Source: Heteronotia binoei (Eukaryota). From it: 64,000 nt of DNA. How positions within the stretch are numbered: the stretch's first letter is position 1; the number at the start of each line of letters is the position of its first letter. Position numbers and translations under genes: made by a program. This document shows positions 57,373 through 64,000 of this stretch, in pieces. The notes beneath the pieces are model-generated. The model worked only from the letters and a program-made list of their open reading frames with translations, was not told the origin of the DNA and searched no databases. The stretch lies in NCBI RefSeq assembly GCF_032191835.1, contig NC_083230.1, positions 55,242,001 through 55,306,000 on the forward strand, in the 5' to 3' direction.

Positions 57373-58670
57373 AAAGGCACATCAGCATTGCAGGTAATTA
57401 TCCTGACAAATTTGATAAGAAAAAGACGGCCAATTTTATCTTCTTATATATTTTTATTTTCCATTCTACATGCTTATCCCTTTGCTGGAAAAAAAAAAGA
57501 TTGAATATCTTTTTGAACAGGATCTTCATTCATGCAGAAAACAGGAAATCAGGCTAGATAAAATGAGAAAATGTTATCACAACTGCAACCAGCACCCAGG
57601 CTTATCTCTTCTGCTTTTGCTCTGTTTTGCCATTCCTGCCCTTTGTTTGTCTGGTTTTTTTTATAGTCTTGCGATTTTTTTAAAGGTATCTTTTACTTTG
57701 TTCTATTCACTAGGCATTGCCAAGTCATCTAAAGGTGGTTGTTTTTATAATTTTTTCTAAAATAATATTTTAGGGTAAATCCCTTACATTCAAGTCTGCC
57801 TGCCTCATTCAGTGTGGCTGCAGCATTTCCAGGTAGAGCTTTGGTGGGGGGGGGGGGGGGGACTGAAAATCATTTCCTTGTTAGCCATCGAAACTTGTAT
57901 AACCCTTTCACTAATCCCTCGAGTCTAAGTATGTGGCAGTTCAGTCCTTTGTGGGCTTACTCCAGTCCATTTGAAATCAGTGGACTTAGACTGGAGTGAC
58001 TGCAGAGGACTGCACTGTTAGCATCTAAGAATTGTTGGAATAAGAAATGTATTCAGTGAAATTTATTCAATAAATGTATTCAAGGAAATGTTTACCCATT
58101 TATGATGAACAACTTTCTTAAGTACTATGGAGGTTTGCCCTGACCCTTTGAAGGCCCCAGGATACTTCCTTGATGGGAGTTTGGAAGTTTCCAGGCTACC
58201 TCAAGACTCTGCTTTGCCAGCCGTCAAGCCTCCTCTCCCCTGATTAACCCTTTCTTTGGTCACCCCTCCTCCACAAAATGGATGGAGTGTAACCAGCCAG
58301 AGGAGTGGGACTCCAGTTCTCAATAGGCCTGTGAAGCGTCGTACTGGCTCTGCCTGGTTACTGTGCTCACTGCCTTACTCAGCTGAGTTTCAGCAGGAAT
58401 CAGCAGATGCCCTTTCACACTTTCAGGAATGGATTCAACTGGCCTTCTCACCTTTTTTTTGCCTTTGGTAATGTTGTTGAGAGTAGGACATGATGTTGGC
58501 AGTGTACAGAAATCAGGCTTCTGGTGTACAAATTATAAAGGTTTAATAAAATAACCATGCATGTACTTCAGATTACTTATAGGCAGTGGGAAAAGATGGA
58601 AAATAAAATGGAAAACCACAACCCATCTTGCCCTAACTAGACTTGTCCCAAACAGATGAAGTTGAAGGAA

Positions 58671-58955
58671 AGGAAACGTCCCCTGTGCAAGCACCAGTCA
58701 TTTCCAACTCTGGGGTGACGTTGCTTTCACAACATTTTCACAGCAGACTTTTTATGGGGTGGTTTGCCATTGCCTTCCCCAGTCATCTACTCTTTCCCCC
58801 CAGCAAGCTGGGTACTCATTTTACCGACCTCGGAAGGATGGAAGGCTGAGTCAACCTCGAGCTGGCTACCTGAACCAGTTTTCACTGGGATCAAACTCAG
58901 GTTGTGAGCAGAGGGCTCTGACTGTAGTACTGCAGCTTTAACACTCTGTGCAACA
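58671..58955 (-). mobile_element. Sauria SINE
   Basis: Contains the hallmark GGTACTCATTTTACCGACCTCGGAAGGATGGAAGGCTGAGTCAACCT and a 13-bp TSD GAAGTTGAAGGAA at 58658-58670 / 58956-58968. Confidence 0.88.
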
Positions 58956-59060
58956 GAAGTTGAAGGAATATGCCCTTAATTCTTAGCAGTGCAAGCTGTT
59001 AGAGGAGTTCCATTACCTTGAATCTGAGTCTGGGGCTTCTTCCTGTTGTATGGCTATACA

Positions 59061-59493
59061 CAGACCTCATTTTGGGCAGGAGCTTAAAGGAGCGGAGCTC
59101 TGAAACCTCTAAATTTTATTATTGAGCCCTTTCTTTCTCTCTCCACTTGCTTCTGGAGTTCATTGTTCAAACCTTCTGTGAGAATTTTGCCGACAAACTT
59201 CCTAATATTTCCCCCCACAAAAAAGGGGAAATAATCAAAACATATAAAACAAAGAGATAGAAATCTTCTTCATGCACTGTGGCCGCATAGGAGAAAGTCA
59301 TTTAAAAAGTATGATGGGAATAAGTTTTTTTAAAAAATGACAATTATAATTCAAGAACATTAAGGTAGCTGCTGAGATGATTTAAGTTAGTACCTTCTGG
59401 TAATGTCAGGGGTGTGTGGCATATGCAAATGAGTATTGCAAATGAGTTGTGCTAATGAGCGCCAGCATCTCTTTCTCTACAAAATGGCCCTTG
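59061..59493. mobile_element. hAT MITE
   Basis: Ends CAGACCTCATTTTG...CAAAATGGCCCTTG with a perfect TSD GCTATACA at 59053-59060 / 59494-59501. Confidence 0.82.
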
Positions 59494-61344
59494 GCTATAC
59501 ATGGTCAAAATGGAGTCTAGGGGAACTCTTCATGCCAGCTGGCATGAGTCCAGAGATGCACACAATGCAAGAGAACCCAAAAAGAGAGCTAGAGTTCCTT
59601 TTCATATCCCAGGGATTTTTTAAGATGTTGAAGAGGGTTAAGTACAGGGAATGGAAGGAGGGCCACATTGATAGAGATGAATATATAAGGATACCTAAGA
59701 TCTGATTAATTGAATCCTAGGCTGTACTTTCACTCTCATTCTAGGTTTATAGAATTTATTATTTTTTTCTTCCTATTTTGATATTTATCACTCATAGATC
59801 AAGCTAGTTTAAAGCAAAGGGCTTTGGCTAGAACTCCCAGGTAACTTAAAAGGAATGGACATTGCAGGTTTCTACTTGGCAATGGCAAAGCCTGAGACTC
59901 TCATCTAACTTGAAGAAATGATGGGGGTCAGTCTACCATTGTCCATTCCCTGCTCTGGTAAGAATAACCTTTCTTCCATCAAAGGTTACACACAGCTCAG
60001 AGAGGTAACTTTAAACTGTAGTCCACTCTGAAAAACAACTGTACAGAGATCAGTGTCAGGACTGCTGCCTTCTGTGAGTGGCCTGAAACCTCTTCACTTT
60101 GCAAGGTATGATTATGTAACTGTATAGTTATCTTAAACTGAATCCACTATTTCTTATGTTATTCACTGCCAAGGAAGAATATGAACCATATTTCAAATAG
60201 TGCAATTACATGATCTTTTGTAAAGCCTACCAAAATCAATCTATCTTTTCTGTTTGTTGGCAGTTTTAACATCTACAGAGCAATAAATTATGTTGTAGCA
60301 TACAGTGGAAAGGAAGGGTATGTTTGACAGCTTTCAGCTAGACACTAAATGGTTAACAAGCCCAAGTGTAAAAAAAAGCTGGACTGACAGAAGGCTCATA
60401 GTCTGGTGGCACAGAGAGATAAAATGATAGCCTTCTTTAGTTATCTGAGTCTTTATATTAGCCAGTAGTACTGAATTGTCCTTCTATTATCTCTGGATTT
60501 CATGGACCATTTTTCCTTCCTTCTTTGGAAAATAGACTGTTGCCTGTTGTTCTTTTCTCTGACCAGAAGTTATGGTGATCCAGGGAAGGAGCCACTGCCT
60601 AATCCTCAGGGCTCTTGGTTTGAGCCTGAATGTTACCTTTTGTCTTTTCAGTTAAAAGACTTTATTGGTGGTGGTGGTGTTGCTGTTGCTGCTGCTGCAA
60701 TTAGTAATCATCATTCTTGAAGGTTTTACTAATTCAAACAGGGATCTGATATTCCAAGCCTTTCTGGATCTGGACTGGTTAAGAATTTATTGATCAATAG
60801 GCAAGAGTGGAGAATTAAAACTACCTTTGTGCTCCATTCTTAAACAATTAGAAGTAAAGAGAACTTAGCTCCCAATATTTAAACATTTTAAAGTATTATT
60901 ATTATCCCCCCCCCAGTTTATTCATACCAACAAACATAAGACATAGACATTAACAAGTACAAACAAGCATCAAAGCATATAGGTGGAGAGCACAGTAAGA
61001 CTCATAGCGTTCATGTTACTTACAACCCAATACAGAAAAATGAAATGAAATAAATAGCTGAATTTAATTGGCAGAATTCTTGTTTGTCCTGTACCATTTT
61101 TAACATTTTAACACTTCGTTAACCAATCATAAAATAAAATCCAATTTTTATCCACGTATTTCTCAGGTTTAAGTCTTAACATCTTAGAAACATTTTAAAG
61201 TATTATGATTGTAGTTCTAAGAACCTCAACCAAGCCATGGCAAAAACTTTTGGGAGAGAGAGAAAGAGAGAGAGCACTTGAAGGCGTTTACAGTAGAATT
61301 TGTTCATCCAAACAATCACAATATGAGGTTTATGACATTCTTCA

Positions 61345-61485
61345 CAATTTCCCTCCTACCTTCCGACTGTGATAAAAAGATTCAGAGATTTCCATTCCTA
61401 TTTGTGTCTGATGAAGGGAGCTTTGACTCTTGAAAACTTATACCCTGAAACTCTTACTGTCTCTAAGGTGCTACTGATCTCAAAT
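61345..61485 (+). mobile_element. Penelope-like terminal repeat fragment
   Basis: GTCTGATGAAGGGAGCTTTGACTCTTGAAAACTTATACCCTG...CTCTAAGGTGCTACTG matches my recollection of reptile PLE terminal sequences. Confidence 0.65.
61404..61443 (+). ncRNA. Degenerate minimal type I hammerhead ribozyme motif
   Basis: GUGU-CUGAUGA-A-GGGAG(CUUUGA)CUCUU-GAAA-A-CUU-AUAC. Stem I has 4 bp, stem II has 5 bp with G-U pairs, and stem III has an A.C mismatch. Confidence 0.5.
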
Positions 61486-62758
61486 ATAATATATGGTATG
61501 AAAATCTTGATGAATACACAGCTGCAAGTCACAAAGGACTTACATCAGCATAATCTCACTGAAGTCTACAGATCTTCTCCAGATTGATGAATAGCATATG
61601 CATTGCATTCTGTACTGTAACTCACAAAAATAACACATCCATTTGTCCCATTTATCTGAAGTCCAAATGACCTGAGCGTTCTATGTGTCTTCCAGACCGT
61701 TCGGATGAAGAATGTTATATTGAATGCCCTTCTGCTTTAGCTTTTCCATCGTGGGCCTCTACTCCTATAAACACATACCTTGTAGTTCAGTTTTGCAGCT
61801 TTATGCTATTTTCAGCCACACTGTAAGCATATTTAATACTAGTTATATAGTGATATTGGAAAGTGCCAGCAGTCCCTTGCTGCAGCACAACATTTTATAT
61901 GACCTTGGACAAGTCCTTTGATTTCTTTGCTTGGTATTTCCTGCCTGTTCTGTGGACATAATATTTATTTTATTTGCCTTGTCTACATAAATAGCTAACT
62001 TTTTGTAACAGAGCTGATTGTTAGTGTGTATGTTTACATGCTCAGTGCTTAGCACAGCAAGATCTCAATCTCTTCTGGAGCCTCTAAACACCACCACAAG
62101 ACTAAAAGGTTATCAGTATGGACAGCCCAGTTTGGAAAATCAAAGATAGGCCTCAGTAAAACAGAGTTATTATTATATTTGCTTTCCAAATGAGCACCAA
62201 AATGTAGTTGTATGCAAATGCTAGAAATAGTTATGTCCTTGAGTAATGTAATAATAATTTTCCTTACCACTAGAGCTTTCCTACTGTGAACACTGAATAA
62301 GGGCTTTCCTAATGGACATAATTTCTAGCTGTGTTTTACATGTTAATTTCATTGTAAAGAATGATCCTCTGAGATTTGACCAACAAAATTCATCTTGACT
62401 GAATTTAATAGTGTGACAAGATCCCTGCAGGATCAGATCAGTGGTCCATCTAGTCCATCTAGTTCTGTTTTTCACAATAGTTAGCCAGATGCCCCCAGGA
62501 AGCCAATCAGTATGATATGAATGCAAGAGCTCTCCCTGCTGTTATGCAGTGGCATATGTCTTTGAAAAATGGACACTCCATTAAAAGCTATTTTAAAGTT
62601 CTTTAAACTAAGTTTAAGGCTGTCTTGTCCCCCCCCCCCCCCAATTTTTGTTTCTAAACTAAACAGCACCAAACACTTTAGCCTTTCCTCAAAGGGATTT
62701 CCAGCTCTGTTTTATCCTTTCTGAGAAGAATCAGCCAGAATTGAATGCAATATTCTAA

Positions 62759-63540
62759 CTAGCGATGGGCATGAACTGAGAAAATACAGTTTGGTTCATG
62801 GTGTGCCAAATTTGCAAACCATGGATCATCACAAACTTTTAGATACCTCATGAACTGGTTTGGTTTGTGACGTTTGTGAGGTGACAGAACACACACACTA
62901 CAAGAGACAATAAATTCACAGGAGATCTCCAGCTAACTTTCCTCTACCTGCCCTCCAAGTTTGGTGAGGATTGGATTTATGGTGCAGTTACGGCCACCCA
63001 AAGAAGGTGCCCCCAGGAAAGTGCTTTCTAGGGAAATGACTGCCTGTCATTTCCACAGAGAGCACTTTCCTGGGAGCACCTTCTTTGGGTGGCCATAACT
63101 TGGACCCTGAAAATCCAATCCTCACCAACTTAGAAGGCAAGTAGAGGAGCGTCAGCCAAAGATCCCCTGTAAGTTTAGTGTCTCTAGTTTGAACAGAATC
63201 GATTCTAAACTCCTGAATCTGCACCTAACAGGCACAGGTTTAGAAGGTTTAGGAGTGAATAGAACAGATCCTATTCAAGCTAGAGACATCAAAGTTGCAA
63301 GGGACCTCCCTCGGATGCTCCTCTACATACTCTCCAAGTTGTTGCTTTGATATTTTGTAAACATTTTGATTGACAGTCTATCTGGAGACAGTCTGGAGAC
63401 TGTCTGGAAATGTATCTACTCGTGAACCAGCATGGACCTCCACAAATATCTTCAAAGTTTGTGGAAAGTTCCTACTGGTTGACCTGCCATGAACTTGACT
63501 TCATGAACCTCTAACCAGCCCAAATCCATCATGAACTTTA
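62759..63540. mobile_element. Non-autonomous hAT-like element with a large internal palindrome, right end not found
   Basis: Starts TAGCGATGGGCATGAAC (similar in style to the TAGGGGTGTG TIR), has repeated TGAAC/GTTCA subterminal motifs and an inverted repeat at 62941-63148. Confidence 0.55.
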
Positions 63541-64000
63541 GTTTGTGAGCCAGTTTGTCAGTGCAGTCTGAGATGCAGAGTTACTCCAGTCTGAGCCTTT
63601 TGATTTCAATGGACTTTGACTGCTGTAACTCACCATAGGATTACACTGCAAGTGTGGTAACTCAATAGAATTACATAAAAGCATTATGATATTGGAAATG
63701 TTATTTTCGATCCCTTTTCTAACAGTTCTAAACATTTAGATTGACTTGTCATTGTGCCTGTACTAGATGTTTTTGGTGGATTGCTGACTTCATCCACTGC
63801 ACTAAGTACATTATAGAAATTACAGACCCGATTCATGTATATATGGATGGACTTTTTTTTACTGTCAAGTAAATCTTGTCTGTCATTTTGTTGCCCACAG
63901 AGCCAGTGCCAGTTTTTTTGGCACCCTACCTGCACCCTTCCTCCCCCCCACAGGAAAAGTCGGGCCAGGGCCCCACCATTGCCACCCCCTGACCGCAACT

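Noticed and set aside
59868-59958. 90-nt plus-strand segment with AG acceptor and GTAAGA donor
   Set aside because: It has stop codons in all three frames and no supporting neighbouring exon.

Overview
Repeat-dense vertebrate genomic DNA, almost certainly from a squamate. The mix of Sauria SINE, MIR/Ther1-like L2-tailed SINEs, CR1, L2, RTE-BovB-like and L1 LINEs is gecko-like, but that is an inference. I could not identify any intact host protein-coding gene. The only recognisable cellular gene is an intronless, inactivated SDHB retrocopy (minus strand, ~19.3-20.5 kb). The rest is a stack of nested transposable elements. (1) A ~5.9 kb hAT DNA transposon with TIRs and an 8-bp TSD is inserted in the RNase H coding region of a 5'-truncated DIRS tyrosine-recombinase retrotransposon. 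(2) A Neptune-type Penelope-like element (RT + GIY-YIG) is interrupted by a CR1 3' end and joined head-to-head to a 5'-truncated Gypsy element. (3) An RTE LINE contains a full-length decayed L1, which in turn contains an L2 and a SINE. (4) There is also a nearly intact 5'-truncated CR1, a Harbinger-type Myb/SANT remnant, many hAT MITEs with 8-bp TSDs, long palindromic MITEs and degenerate Penelope-type hammerhead motifs, one with its catalytic strand inverted at a Penelope/Gypsy junction. An assembly gap lies at 41748-41881. Coordinates were counted by hand and family names come from motif recognition, not database searches; boundaries without a TSD are approximate.
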